DNA of 64,000 nt. Source: Bacteroidetes bacterium ADurb.Bin145. GTDB lineage: Bacteria; Bacteroidota; Bacteroidia; Bacteroidales; VadinHA17. The notes below the pieces were generated by a model. It worked only from the letters and a program-made list of their open reading frames with translations, was not told where the DNA came from and made no database searches. The stretch covers positions 4,371-68,370 of the forward strand of contig MWDJ01000014.1 in assembly GCA_002070505.1 (NCBI GenBank), written 5' to 3'. Below are positions 20,284 to 29,818 of the stretch, piece after piece (the first letter of the stretch is position 1; the number at the start of each line of letters is the position of its first letter). The position numbers were made by a program, and so were the translations under genes.

Positions 20284-20440
20284 CAACGACAATGACTTCC
20301 TCCGCCTTTTGGCGGAGGATTTTTGTTTTAAGGAAGGCCGTACAAAACTCGTTTTGTTAAGGCCTGACTTAAAACAAAAACCCAACGAGTGAAGCGAGTT
20401 GGGAGTCTTTGGAGTTGCAGGGAACCCTCCAAGGGGCTCA
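20258..20440. repeat. Left arm of a ~180-bp inverted repeat (tRNA-Ser 3' portion plus downstream sequence)
   Basis: Aligned by eye to the reverse complement of 31407-31584. About five substitutions and two indels, one of them 6 nt. Confidence 0.9.
20297..20329 (+). terminator. Intrinsic terminator after tRNA-Ser(CGA)
   Basis: cctccgcc-tttt-ggcggagg stem-loop followed by atttttgtttt. Confidence 0.8.
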
Positions 20441-20611
20441 CCGAAGGTAACCCTCCTCCGGTCATGGAAAGCGCATTTGAAGGGAAGGATGAAACGTTGA
20501 AGGGTTGATACGTTGAAGAGGGTTGAAGAATTATTCAGTTCCTGCCGGAGCTGACAATCGTGGTGCGGTTGCCTACCCCGGGCTGTGGGCCCGGGGTTAT
20601 TCACATATGGC

Positions 20612-20772
20612 TCCTTCAGAGCCGGATCGGCTAAGATGGTTTCATACTCAAGGCTCACTGTGCTTATTTATATAATGTCCTATCAGAACCGGATCATCTA
20701 TGATGGCTTCGTACTCACATTTCACTGTGCTTATTTATTTAATGTCTTTTCAGAGCCGGATCAGCCATGATT
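20612..20772. repeat. Tandem repeat, ~67-bp period, about 2.3 copies
   Basis: tcaga(g/a)ccggatc recurs at 20616, 20683 and 20750. Each unit also carries tcactgtgcttatttat. Confidence 0.85.
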
Positions 20773-20810
20773 CTTTAACAAGATCCCGATGTGAGATTTG
20801 TTGATGGGAT

Positions 20811-20874
20811 GGAGATCCCTCACTCGTAAATCCTTCTTAAACTCAGGATTTGCTCGATCGGGAGAGGGATCTCC
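20811..20874. repeat. REP-like palindromic element, same family as 13296-13335 in inverted orientation
   Basis: ggagatccctc...gagggatctcc terminal arms. The internal segment cactcgtaaatccttcttaaactcaggatt is the reverse complement, with a few changes, of aatcctgagtttacgaaggattaacgagtg at 13296. Confidence 0.8.
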
Positions 20875-21295
20875 TTCTGATATCAGAGAGTTATTACTAT
20901 CTCACAGAAAAAAGAATTTTTCATTTCAAAAGCAGACAGCACCGGCAGGTAACTAATGTGAATAACCCCGGATCAACAACCCAGGGTTAGGGATTGTAAA
21001 GAGATTGTGTCAGCTCCGAAGGTTCTGAAGAGTTTGTCAGAGCAAAGTAATCCTTCAATTAGAATCTGTTGATCATGTAACTTTCATTATCTTTGATTAA
21101 ATAGCTTAGATTGAAGGTTCCCGGCTTTGAACTCAGGATTTTTCTTGTTACTGATTTAACTTAAACAAGCATACCTGGTGAGCCTGACGGGAACATGATC
21201 ATTGATCCGGCCTCATAAAACAGCCGGCGCGCCTTTAGAATGAAATACCCTGACTTCAACAATATAGTATACCCCAACCTGCCAGAAAAAACTCC

Positions 21296-21835
21296 ATGAG
21301 CAAATACCGGATCTACCGAATAGATAATCCCGACCCGGCCCGGGTTGGTAAACGAAGAAGACGCTCAAATATATTAGTCGGCATACTGTCTTTTTCATTG
21401 TTTTTCATATATTTAATTGTCCGTGAAGTATTTAACATAAACTTTCCCCTGTTATACCCGATTACAATCCTGATAGTCCTGACTATCACTTTGTTCTTTC
21501 AAATGAAATTTAAATCAGAAAACAGGAAGATCATTGCTATAGGAGATATCGAATTTACAAGGACAAGCATTATAAAACACATTGCTGATTCTATTACTGA
21601 ATTCAGCTATGAATCTCTCAACTCAATTGAGTTAACAAAGCATATACCTGCTTTGAATGCTTCAGAAAGCAAATCAGGATTTTATACATATATACTATCG
21701 CTTAATTTTAAAGATGCTCATTCAGAAAAACTAGTTGTATCTGACAAACCATCTGAAAAAGGAATATATCTGAGTATTACCGAGACAGTGAAAACATTAA
21801 AGAAAATTTCAGCTGTTGAAGTGGCTTTAAACTGA
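21296..21835 (+). CDS. Hypothetical membrane protein (two predicted TM helices)
   Basis: ATG start, Arg-rich N-terminus, two hydrophobic helices, soluble C-terminal half. No recognisable family. Confidence 0.55.
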   Translation: MSKYRIYRIDNPDPARVGKRRRRSNILVGILSFSLFFIYLIVREVFNINFPLLYPITILIVLTITLFFQMKFKSENRKIIAIGDIEFTRTSIIKHIADSITEFSYESLNSIELTKHIPALNASESKSGFYTYILSLNFKDAHSEKLVVSDKPSEKGIYLSITETVKTLKKISAVEVALN

Positions 21836-21874
21836 TCCGGGGGAAAAAAGTAAACGCAAGAAAAAATCAGTATT

Positions 21875-24124
21875 ATGACTCATAAAGGCTTAATAACCAT
21901 AACCGTAGTTGTCCTCATCACCTTCTTTTCAACAGCATGTTCCCGGTCAGGCAAACAGTTTCCGGGAGAACAAATGTCTGTCTCAATATCCTGCAGCGAA
22001 AAAGACCCTAAGATAACTTTCGCCCTGGAGGAACTGAAATCTGCTTTCTCTGACATCGGGTATACAGTTAGTCTTACTGATTTCCGAAAGGCAGATGTAA
22101 TCCTGTTTCCTGCTTCAGCTTCATCACTTTTGAAAAGGATGAAAAACTCTCTGTCGGATTACAGTTACATCCTTAAGCCAGAAGGATTCAGTCTTCGAAG
22201 AGATAAAAAGGACAGGATATGGGTGGCAGGTGGTGATATCGCCGGACTGATGTACGGGATCCTCGAACTTGCCGAACAGATTAAGCTCCATGGCCCGGAT
22301 GGGGTAAAGGATACTGACCAGAATCCATACATAGAACTGAGAGGGATCAAATTCAATATCCCGCTTGATGTCCGTACGCCAAGCTATTCAGATATGAGCG
22401 ATGCCGGACAAATAAATATTCCTGAAGTCTGGAACTTTGATTTCTGGAAAGAAACTATCGATAATCTTGCAAAATACCGTTTCAACCTGATATCTCTCTG
22501 GAGCCTTCACCCCTTCCCTTCAATGGTAAAAGTGCCGGAGTATCCAGATATAGCACTTAATGATGTCAAGAGATCCCGTGCTAAATTTCCCGAATATTTC
22601 GACACCAGGGCTACCGGCTATGATACTAAGGAAATAACAGGCAACACAGAAACTCTTCTGACATTAACTATTGAAGAAAAAATAGATTTCTGGAAAAAAG
22701 TGATGCAATATGCCAGCGAAAGGAATATAAAGTTCTTTATAATGACCTGGAATATATATACATACGGAATCGACGGGAAATACGGTATAAATGACGATAT
22801 CAATAATGAAACAACCAAAGACTATTACCGTAAGAGCGTCAGGGAGTTGATTCTGACTTATCCGCTTCTGGCAGGGATTGGGGTGACTACCGGTGAGAAT
22901 ATGGGAGAAGGCGGTGGCGGTTTCGAGATAAAAGAGGATTGGATCTATGACACCTATGCTCAGGGTGTCCTTGATGCACTGCAAAAAGAGCCTGAACGTA
23001 AAATAATGTTTTTTCACCGGCAGCATGAGGCCGGTACAAAATACATCATCAGGAAGTTTGAACCCCTGTCGGATAATAAGGCGATCGAATTCCTTTACAG
23101 CTTCAAGTATGCCCAGGCACACGTTTACAGTTCATTGAAGCAATCGTTCCATAATAATTTCGTCAGAGAGATTGCCGGCAGGAAAACGATGTGGACACTT
23201 CGCAACGATGATAACTATTATTTCAGGTGGGGTGCTCCGGATTTTGTCCGCAGGTTCATTAAAAATATCCCATATGAAATATCAAAGGGATTTTATTTCG
23301 GTTCAGATAATTATATATGGGGAACTGATTTTCTCAGTCGGGACCGGCAAACACCACAGAGGACTGAGCTGGCAAGACAATGGTACCAGTGGATGTTATG
23401 GGGAAGACTCGGATATAATCCTGATATATCCGACAGTACATTTATAAAGATAATTGCTGATCGTCTTGATATTACCGATGCTTCCTCACTTTTTACAGCA
23501 TGGCAGAACGCATCAATGGTCTATCCGGTAACCACCGGATTCCACTGGGGGGATCTTGATTTCAGATGGTATATCGAAGGGTGCAGGAGCCGACCGGAAC
23601 CGGCACAGACTGCATCAGGCTTTCATGATGTGAACAGGTTCATCACTCTCCGGCCACATCCTGAATCAGGCTACAGGTCGATCCCGGATTATGTAAGTTA
23701 CCGGACTGACCAGATTATAAGAACCGTTGATACTCTGCTCAATCCTCCTGATGTGGCTCAAATGATCTTTAATCATGCTGATACGGCTTTATCACTTATC
23801 AGCAGCATTGATACATCAGAGAGCCAGGAATTAGCTGAAACCGTCAATGATATCAGGTCGATGGCATACTTGGGTATATATTATGCAAATAAGATTAGCG
23901 GAGCAACCAGCCTGGCCATGTTCAGGCATACTAAAAACAGATCAGAAAAGGATAATGCTGTTAAACAACTAACAGAAGCCCTTGAGTACTGGAAACTTTA
24001 TAGCTCCTCGGCAATGAAGCAATACAAGAATCCGCTCTGGACTAACAGGGTGGGTAAGGTTGACTGGGTAAAACTTACTGATGAAGCAGCAAAAGATATA
24101 GAACTGGCAAAACAGGCAAAATAG
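21875..24124 (+). CDS. Large lipoprotein, possibly a glycoside-hydrolase-like enzyme (family not recognised)
   Basis: Lipoprotein signal (FFSTACS). The N-terminal IWVAGGDIAGLMYGILELAEQI resembles N-domains of GH20/GH67/GH115-type enzymes, and the following region looks TIM-barrel-like. The functional call is weak. Confidence 0.5.
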   Translation: MTHKGLITITVVVLITFFSTACSRSGKQFPGEQMSVSISCSEKDPKITFALEELKSAFSDIGYTVSLTDFRKADVILFPASASSLLKRMKNSLSDYSYILKPEGFSLRRDKKDRIWVAGGDIAGLMYGILELAEQIKLHGPDGVKDTDQNPYIELRGIKFNIPLDVRTPSYSDMSDAGQINIPEVWNFDFWKETIDNLAKYRFNLISLWSLHPFPSMVKVPEYPDIALNDVKRSRAKFPEYFDTRATGYDTKEITGNTETLLTLTIEEKIDFWKKVMQYASERNIKFFIMTWNIYTYGIDGKYGINDDINNETTKDYYRKSVRELILTYPLLAGIGVTTGENMGEGGGGFEIKEDWIYDTYAQGVLDALQKEPERKIMFFHRQHEAGTKYIIRKFEPLSDNKAIEFLYSFKYAQAHVYSSLKQSFHNNFVREIAGRKTMWTLRNDDNYYFRWGAPDFVRRFIKNIPYEISKGFYFGSDNYIWGTDFLSRDRQTPQRTELARQWYQWMLWGRLGYNPDISDSTFIKIIADRLDITDASSLFTAWQNASMVYPVTTGFHWGDLDFRWYIEGCRSRPEPAQTASGFHDVNRFITLRPHPESGYRSIPDYVSYRTDQIIRTVDTLLNPPDVAQMIFNHADTALSLISSIDTSESQELAETVNDIRSMAYLGIYYANKISGATSLAMFRHTKNRSEKDNAVKQLTEALEYWKLYSSSAMKQYKNPLWTNRVGKVDWVKLTDEAAKDIELAKQAK

Positions 24125-24132
24125 CTTAATAT

Positions 24133-25410
24133 CTACATCAATATCCCGGCTAAAGATGCTGATATATAAGAAGCCATCGTTCCGCAGATCATTGCTTTGA
24201 ATCCGAGTCTTGCAAGATCAGCTTTACGTTCAGGTACCATTGCTCCTATTCCCCCAAGTTGTATGGCTATCGAGCTGAAGTTGGCAAAACCGCAAAGGGC
24301 AAAGCTTGCAATCACTATCGATTTTGCACTTAACGTGCCCTGGGCAATCATCGGAGATAGATCGGAATAAGCTACAAACTCATTAATGACCATTTTGGTA
24401 CCCATGAGCGAACCTACATCAAACGATTCTGATACGGGAACTCCCATAACGATGGCGAACAGCGAAAAGAAAGCTCCGAATACATCTTTGAGACCCAAAT
24501 TATTGACATCCAGGCCAATGAAATCCAGAGATATTCCTGTCCAGCCGAGAAAGAGTCCGAAATATCCAAGAAGTGCATCCACAAGGGCTACCAAAGCAAT
24601 GACTCCTATCAGCATGGCAATAACGTTTATGGAAATCTTCATTCCGTCTGAAGCTCCATGAGATATAGCATCCATAATGTTGGCATGTTCTTTTTTGACA
24701 TCCAGCTTCACCTTACCTTTAGTTTCAGATTCCTGTGTTTCCGGGAAGACGATCTTCGATATAACCAGTGCCCCCGGAGCAGCCATAAGGCTTGCGGCAA
24801 GCAGATAAGATGCCGGCACACCCATTGATATATACACTGCCATGACACCGCCTGCAATACACGCCATACTTCCTGTCATGGAAGCGAGTAGTTCCGACAT
24901 AGTCATACCTGAGAGATAAGGACGTATCATTATCTGAGCCTCAACCTGCCCTACGAATGCACTGGCTACATTTGAGAGAGCCTCGCTTCCGCTTACCCTC
25001 ATTACCCAGTGTACAAACCTTGCAAGAACTGCTATCACTCTCTGCATCAAGCCAACGTGATAAGCCATTGCCACAAGCACACAGACAAAAATAATTGTCG
25101 GGATCAGAATGAACAGGAAAACACCTCCGGATACTATCTGTGGAGGTAGGATATTCTGAACTTCCATCAGATCGCCGAATACGAAACGACCCCCCTCCTG
25201 CGAGAAATCAAGAAGCTTGTTGATCCCTTTGCCAAGCCAGGCGAAAATAGCCTGCCCAACAGGAACCTTCAGTATAAAGATCGCAAGAGCCAGCTGCAAA
25301 AGAAGACCTGTGATCACGAGCCTGAGATTAATTGCTTTCCTGTTATTTGACCAGAGAAATGCCAGACCGAGAATTATAATTATCCCGATTATACCAGTAA
25401 ATCTTGCCAT
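24133..25410 (-). CDS. nupC: NupC/CNT family concentrative nucleoside transporter
   Basis: Polytopic protein. N-terminal GIIGIIIILGLAFLWSNNRKAINLRLVITGLLLQLALAIFILK and C-terminal FALCGFANFSSIAIQLGG are typical of NupC/CNT. Confidence 0.85.
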   Translation of the reverse strand: MARFTGIIGIIIILGLAFLWSNNRKAINLRLVITGLLLQLALAIFILKVPVGQAIFAWLGKGINKLLDFSQEGGRFVFGDLMEVQNILPPQIVSGGVFLFILIPTIIFVCVLVAMAYHVGLMQRVIAVLARFVHWVMRVSGSEALSNVASAFVGQVEAQIMIRPYLSGMTMSELLASMTGSMACIAGGVMAVYISMGVPASYLLAASLMAAPGALVISKIVFPETQESETKGKVKLDVKKEHANIMDAISHGASDGMKISINVIAMLIGVIALVALVDALLGYFGLFLGWTGISLDFIGLDVNNLGLKDVFGAFFSLFAIVMGVPVSESFDVGSLMGTKMVINEFVAYSDLSPMIAQGTLSAKSIVIASFALCGFANFSSIAIQLGGIGAMVPERKADLARLGFKAMICGTMASYISASLAGILM

Positions 25411-25490
25411 CTGAATCAGATTAGAATAAAGAGATCATAAACTTACATCTTTTTTTATTTGCAAGTTATGATCTTCCTAAAAGAATTCAA

Positions 25491-26291
25491 TTATCTGAAA
25501 AGCGCCACCTGCCCGTTCTTTGGCATAGCCCGGTAAATGATCTTGGCATCGCTTCTTGGCAGTCTGATTTTAATATATGGGTGGTAATCTGGAACTTTGA
25601 AAACAAGTACGCTCCTGAGTGTCTCAATAAAAGCTGCCAGCCTGTAGCGAAAATCAAATGTAATACGGTGAAAATGGTCACCCGGATTTAATTTATTTTC
25701 ATCCTGATAAATAAATAACCTGATCCCGTTATCCATTTCCATGATATAATTAACAGGTTCAAAATCAGCTGTATCAGGAATGATATCAGGCTGGTACTCA
25801 GATGTGTCCTTAGGTGCCATTTTGATCATGAGAGGTTCCTTGGGAATCGAGGAATAGTCTTTTTGAATTGTAAAGGGACGTGAGAGAAAAGAAGAAATTA
25901 CATATTCATTGCCTTTTTTTATGATCCTGCTGAGTTCATAATGTTTTATCGGTGCGGTATGAACCGATACACCGCTGATCTCAAGATTGACCGTACTATC
26001 GGGAAGACTGATAGTCAGATAGATGGAATCTGTATTAGCCATTATGACCCTTGACTCAAGATATGATTTTTGTTTCAGAAGGCTCAGATAAGCTGAATCA
26101 GTTGTGAAATCTCTGTTGTTTTCTTTCTTGTCGTCCTGGATGAATCCGAACTCCGTTTCAAGAGCATCCCGTTTTATGACAGGGGCAAGCATCGCCATAA
26201 TAGTATAATAAACCAGGAAGGCCAGTATTAAGATCTCAACAATCAGAATCGCGATGCCGGGCTGCTTTTTCTTGTCAGTGTCTGTTGCCAT
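25491..26291 (-). CDS. Hypothetical membrane-anchored protein, last gene of the L,D-transpeptidase cluster
   Basis: N-terminal TM anchor. 18-nt gap to the upstream gene. No motif recognised. Confidence 0.55.
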   Translation of the reverse strand: MATDTDKKKQPGIAILIVEILILAFLVYYTIMAMLAPVIKRDALETEFGFIQDDKKENNRDFTTDSAYLSLLKQKSYLESRVIMANTDSIYLTISLPDSTVNLEISGVSVHTAPIKHYELSRIIKKGNEYVISSFLSRPFTIQKDYSSIPKEPLMIKMAPKDTSEYQPDIIPDTADFEPVNYIMEMDNGIRLFIYQDENKLNPGDHFHRITFDFRYRLAAFIETLRSVLVFKVPDYHPYIKIRLPRSDAKIIYRAMPKNGQVALFR

Positions 26292-26309
26292 TGCTGTTCA
26301 TTCAGGTGA

Positions 26310-27098
26310 TCAGTAAATATATACCGAGGATCCGATTGTAAGTGAATGGAATATTGCCTCGAGATCTTCATCATTAAGCCGGACGCATCCATGAGTCACC
26401 GGCATTCCCAGAAAACGCTTATAGAGGGTGCCATGAATGAGGTAACCATCACCAAGTGCCATTGCATAATCGCCCAGTACCCCGTATTCATACCTTGAAG
26501 GATCATCCTGGGAAGGTATGGGAAGGCCTTCTTCAACAAAAGCCCAGTCAGGTCTTCTCCATGTCGGATTTGTAATTTTCCCCTGTATCCAGAATTTGCC
26601 CTTTGGCGTCTTGAATATCCAGCTTCTGCCTTCCTCTGTCTTCAGCATTTTGTAACTACCTGAGCTGCAATGCCCTTCTCTTATAAGCTTTTTGTTCTTG
26701 TAAAGATAGAAGAGATTATCTGTAGTATTGATAACCAGGTATGACTGTCCCGTAGTGTAGCTGTTGTATTTTCCGGTAAGACGCTGGATATCTTTTGTGA
26801 TCTGGGCAATCTGCTTTTTGTATTCCGGATCATTTTTCATTTCTACCGAATTGGTGATACGTGTTCTCTCTCCTGTCGGTATCTCCTGGATGGCCGGTAT
26901 GAGCCAGGTAAAGAAGACTATAAGAACAAAAAGGGTTATAACTCCGATCAACGAGATTAGGATGTTCTGAAACACCTTTGCAAACCAGCTATGCTTAGGT
27001 ATTTCCTGATCTGCCGGGTGCTTGTCAATAGCACCTCCACTCATCCCTTCATTGGTTTGATCCTTATACAGTTCGTTATTTGGTTTGTCAAATTCCAT
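26310..27098 (-). CDS. L,D-transpeptidase (YkuD domain) protein, membrane anchored
   Basis: C-terminal YLIHGT...GMPVTHGCVRLNDEDLEAIF contains the catalytic His/Cys signature of YkuD domains. Confidence 0.85.
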   Translation of the reverse strand: MEFDKPNNELYKDQTNEGMSGGAIDKHPADQEIPKHSWFAKVFQNILISLIGVITLFVLIVFFTWLIPAIQEIPTGERTRITNSVEMKNDPEYKKQIAQITKDIQRLTGKYNSYTTGQSYLVINTTDNLFYLYKNKKLIREGHCSSGSYKMLKTEEGRSWIFKTPKGKFWIQGKITNPTWRRPDWAFVEEGLPIPSQDDPSRYEYGVLGDYAMALGDGYLIHGTLYKRFLGMPVTHGCVRLNDEDLEAIFHSLTIGSSVYIY

Positions 27099-27107
27099 CC
27101 TGGCAGT

Positions 27108-28220
27108 CTAGTTTCTTAAAATCTGTCTTAGGCTTTGCATTGATCCCACAATCGTGACTGGTGTCCCAACCTTAACGATATTGAACAGATTATCCATATC
27201 GTTGTTGGTGAGGGCAATACATCCCTCGGTCCAGTCTATCCCTTTTCCTCCATGACCATGAATTTCTATCATCCCGCCGATCTTCGCCGATTGTGGAAGT
27301 GCTCCCCTTGCTTTCGCTCTTTCAAAATTTGCACTATCTTCTTCATTCGGATAGTTAAGGAGCAGAGCTTTATAATACTTTGTGCTGTCGCTTCTGAATT
27401 TCCTGGTTATTTTGTACATACCCTCTGGTGTAGCTTTATCACCCCGGACTCTTTTATCACCCACCCAATTCTGGCTGAGCTCTGCAGAATACTCCCGGAA
27501 TTTCTTTCCGTCGTTATAAACTATAAGTTTACGAGAATATTTATCGATTATTATTGAATAATCGTTTGTGGAGTCGGAGACGGTAATTGTACTGTCTATC
27601 CAAATTTTCCACTGAGGATACAGTCTGAAATAGTTCCTCAGGTGGGTATGGGCATACTCATATGAAGAGGCCAGAAGGTGCTCTGATTCTCTGATCTTTG
27701 AGTCTGCCTTGAGGTAATCCCCTATTCGGTATGCTATAGCTCCTTCTTCAAGCAGGAAACCTCCTTTTGATATCCTGTCTCGTATTTCGGCATCCAGGGG
27801 ATAGTCCTCAAATCTCCGGGATATTTCATGAACAATCTCCTTGAGAGCAGACAGTTTCTGTGATAAATTGATCCTCAGATCAGAAATATTGGACTGCGAT
27901 GCCTGGATAGAAAGGTATGCCTTTTTCATTGTGAGATCGGCATACTTTAGTACCGAATCGAAATTCCTCCTGTAAATGAACTTCATATTTTCCCGTTGCC
28001 AGGCTTTCATTGCAGAATCATAATAAATCTTCGCATCATAATAAAGATTTTCGGCATATAAATCTGCATTGTTTTTACGGGCAGAAGAGAGAGCCATGCG
28101 GGCGTACCTGACTGCAGATTCGGGTGGCGTGGGTACCGGATAGAAAATCAATACCCCTGCAAAGGTTATTAAGAGGGTCAGGAGTGAGATAAACAGTATA
28201 TGTTTCCGGTACTTCCCCAT
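27108..28220 (-). CDS. L,D-transpeptidase family protein with an N-terminal helical domain
   Basis: IEIHGHGGKGIDWTEGCIALTNNDMDNLF is a YkuD-type H...C motif. The N-terminal half is helical and Tyr/Ala-rich. Confidence 0.8.
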   Translation of the reverse strand: MGKYRKHILFISLLTLLITFAGVLIFYPVPTPPESAVRYARMALSSARKNNADLYAENLYYDAKIYYDSAMKAWQRENMKFIYRRNFDSVLKYADLTMKKAYLSIQASQSNISDLRINLSQKLSALKEIVHEISRRFEDYPLDAEIRDRISKGGFLLEEGAIAYRIGDYLKADSKIRESEHLLASSYEYAHTHLRNYFRLYPQWKIWIDSTITVSDSTNDYSIIIDKYSRKLIVYNDGKKFREYSAELSQNWVGDKRVRGDKATPEGMYKITRKFRSDSTKYYKALLLNYPNEEDSANFERAKARGALPQSAKIGGMIEIHGHGGKGIDWTEGCIALTNNDMDNLFNIVKVGTPVTIVGSMQSLRQILRN

Positions 28221-28239
28221 AAATAAAACAGCGGTGGTT

Positions 28240-28269
28240 AAAAAAAACCCCGGGATAGTAAACCCGGGG
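28240..28269 (-). terminator. Intrinsic terminator after the 28297..28893 lipoprotein gene
   Basis: On the minus strand: ccccggg-tttactat-cccgggg followed by T8. Confidence 0.8.
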
Positions 28270-28296
28270 ATTTCTTTATTTCATCAATAAGGAAAA

Positions 28297-28893
28297 TTAG
28301 AACCTTATTCTTGCTTTGGTTAATACCTCTTTAATTTCGGTATTGATTGCTGTAGCTTTTTCCTGAGCAGCTTTTGCTTTGTTAAGAGCGTCCATGAAAG
28401 CACCCTTGTCGAACATACCCTGAGCTTCTGCAACTGAACCGTCAACTGTTGCCATGTCTGCTTTGATAGCTTCGATAACAGCAGCACCTTCTTTACCTCT
28501 CGGGAGTTTTACTACGAGTTTAGCGTTTTCAGCAACTACTGATTTGATGCCGTTAAGTATGGTGTCAGCTTCTTTCTTAACTTCTTCCTTCTTTGCGGCA
28601 ACGTTTGCAGCTACCTGATTTGCCTGAGCTAAAGTAGTGGCAAGTTGTTCTTTAACAGTTCCGAATTTCTTGAATAATTTGCCTTTCTGAACTTCAACAG
28701 CTGCTGTAATAGCATTCATTGAATCCTGGAGAGCAGTAAATTCAGCGGGGAGATAAACATTTGCTTCAGCTGCCTGAGCAGCAGCAATAGCTGCATTGGT
28801 AGCATCGATTTCAGCCTGCGGAACTTTACCGCAGCTGCTAAGCATTGCAACAATTGCAAGAGTTGCTAATCCAAATAATACTTTGTTCTTCAT
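28297..28893 (-). CDS. Ala-rich all-helical lipoprotein
   Basis: Lipobox LSSCGK. Strongly Ala/Lys/Glu-rich helical sequence. Own terminator, and strong-looking expression signals. Confidence 0.7.
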   Translation of the reverse strand: MKNKVLFGLATLAIVAMLSSCGKVPQAEIDATNAAIAAAQAAEANVYLPAEFTALQDSMNAITAAVEVQKGKLFKKFGTVKEQLATTLAQANQVAANVAAKKEEVKKEADTILNGIKSVVAENAKLVVKLPRGKEGAAVIEAIKADMATVDGSVAEAQGMFDKGAFMDALNKAKAAQEKATAINTEIKEVLTKARIRF

Positions 28894-29136
28894 TTTACTA
28901 ACCTTTTTAATACTTTGTTTGTGAAATAATTATCGATTTTTTTAATAATCGTTTCGGTTCAAAAAATAACGGGGCGAAGTTAATAAAATTTAAGAACATA
29001 CAATAAAAAAATACTATAATTATCAACAAAAATAAAAAGTCTGATTGTGTTGGAGTCTTGGAGTCTGATAGTCTTGGAGTCTGATAAATGTGCCCATTGC
29101 TCTGCTTAGACGCAAAATAACCTCAGGTCAAAGATC

Positions 29137-29715
29137 TTAAGAACTTTTCCTGTCATAAACAAATGATGTTCTTGTCTCTGTTCCGGTAGCAGTTCTGAGA
29201 ACAGACGTCCTTGACAGAGTATTTTTATTTATGAGCGTCCATTCCTCAGTGGTTTTGGTTTCACCGTTCCCTATTGTTTTGGTAACTATTCTGAGAGTCT
29301 TACCATCGTCTGACCATCTGGCATATGAAGTGCTGGGAATTCCAGGTTGTCCATCTCTGCCAACTGCAAAATTTACAGATGGCTTAAAGTCCAGAGTATA
29401 TTTCAGTTCTCTGACAGTCGGATTCCCATCCTGACTTATGGTTGTTGTTGAAACTTTAAGAAGGTTAGCTTCCTGCGTAACAACAAGATCGCCATTTGTA
29501 CCAGCATTTCTGCCGGTTAATCCTCCTGTACCACCTACAGGAGCAGTACCCGGACTACTTTTTGACACATTCAAAACCCAATTACCTGAAAAATTAGTTT
29601 TCCCCTCCTGAGCTTTTAGCATAACCGGCATTATAAAAGCCAGAATAACTGTTAAAGCAACAAGCTTCAGAAGAATTCTATTGTTATTTTGGTATATTTT
29701 TAAATTTCTTCTCAT
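29137..29715 (-). CDS. Secreted hypothetical protein (beta-rich, Thr/Gly-rich)
   Basis: Signal peptide ending MLKAQE. No motif recognised. Confidence 0.55.
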   Translation of the reverse strand: MRRNLKIYQNNNRILLKLVALTVILAFIMPVMLKAQEGKTNFSGNWVLNVSKSSPGTAPVGGTGGLTGRNAGTNGDLVVTQEANLLKVSTTTISQDGNPTVRELKYTLDFKPSVNFAVGRDGQPGIPSTSYARWSDDGKTLRIVTKTIGNGETKTTEEWTLINKNTLSRTSVLRTATGTETRTSFVYDRKSS

Positions 29716-29818
29716 ACTAATTTTATTTTTAACGAATAAATTGATAATTAACCACTTGTGAATAATGATATACCTTTAAGATTTATTTACTCTGTTTTTC
29801 GCAACGTATCATTTAATC

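Noticed and set aside
20089-20658. 189-aa minus-strand ORF, plus the overlapping plus-strand ORFs at 20141-20392 and 20160-20360.
   Set aside because: They run straight through tRNA-Ser(CGA), its terminator and the REP-like repeats. Composition is low-complexity and Arg/Ser/Pro-rich. These are spurious.
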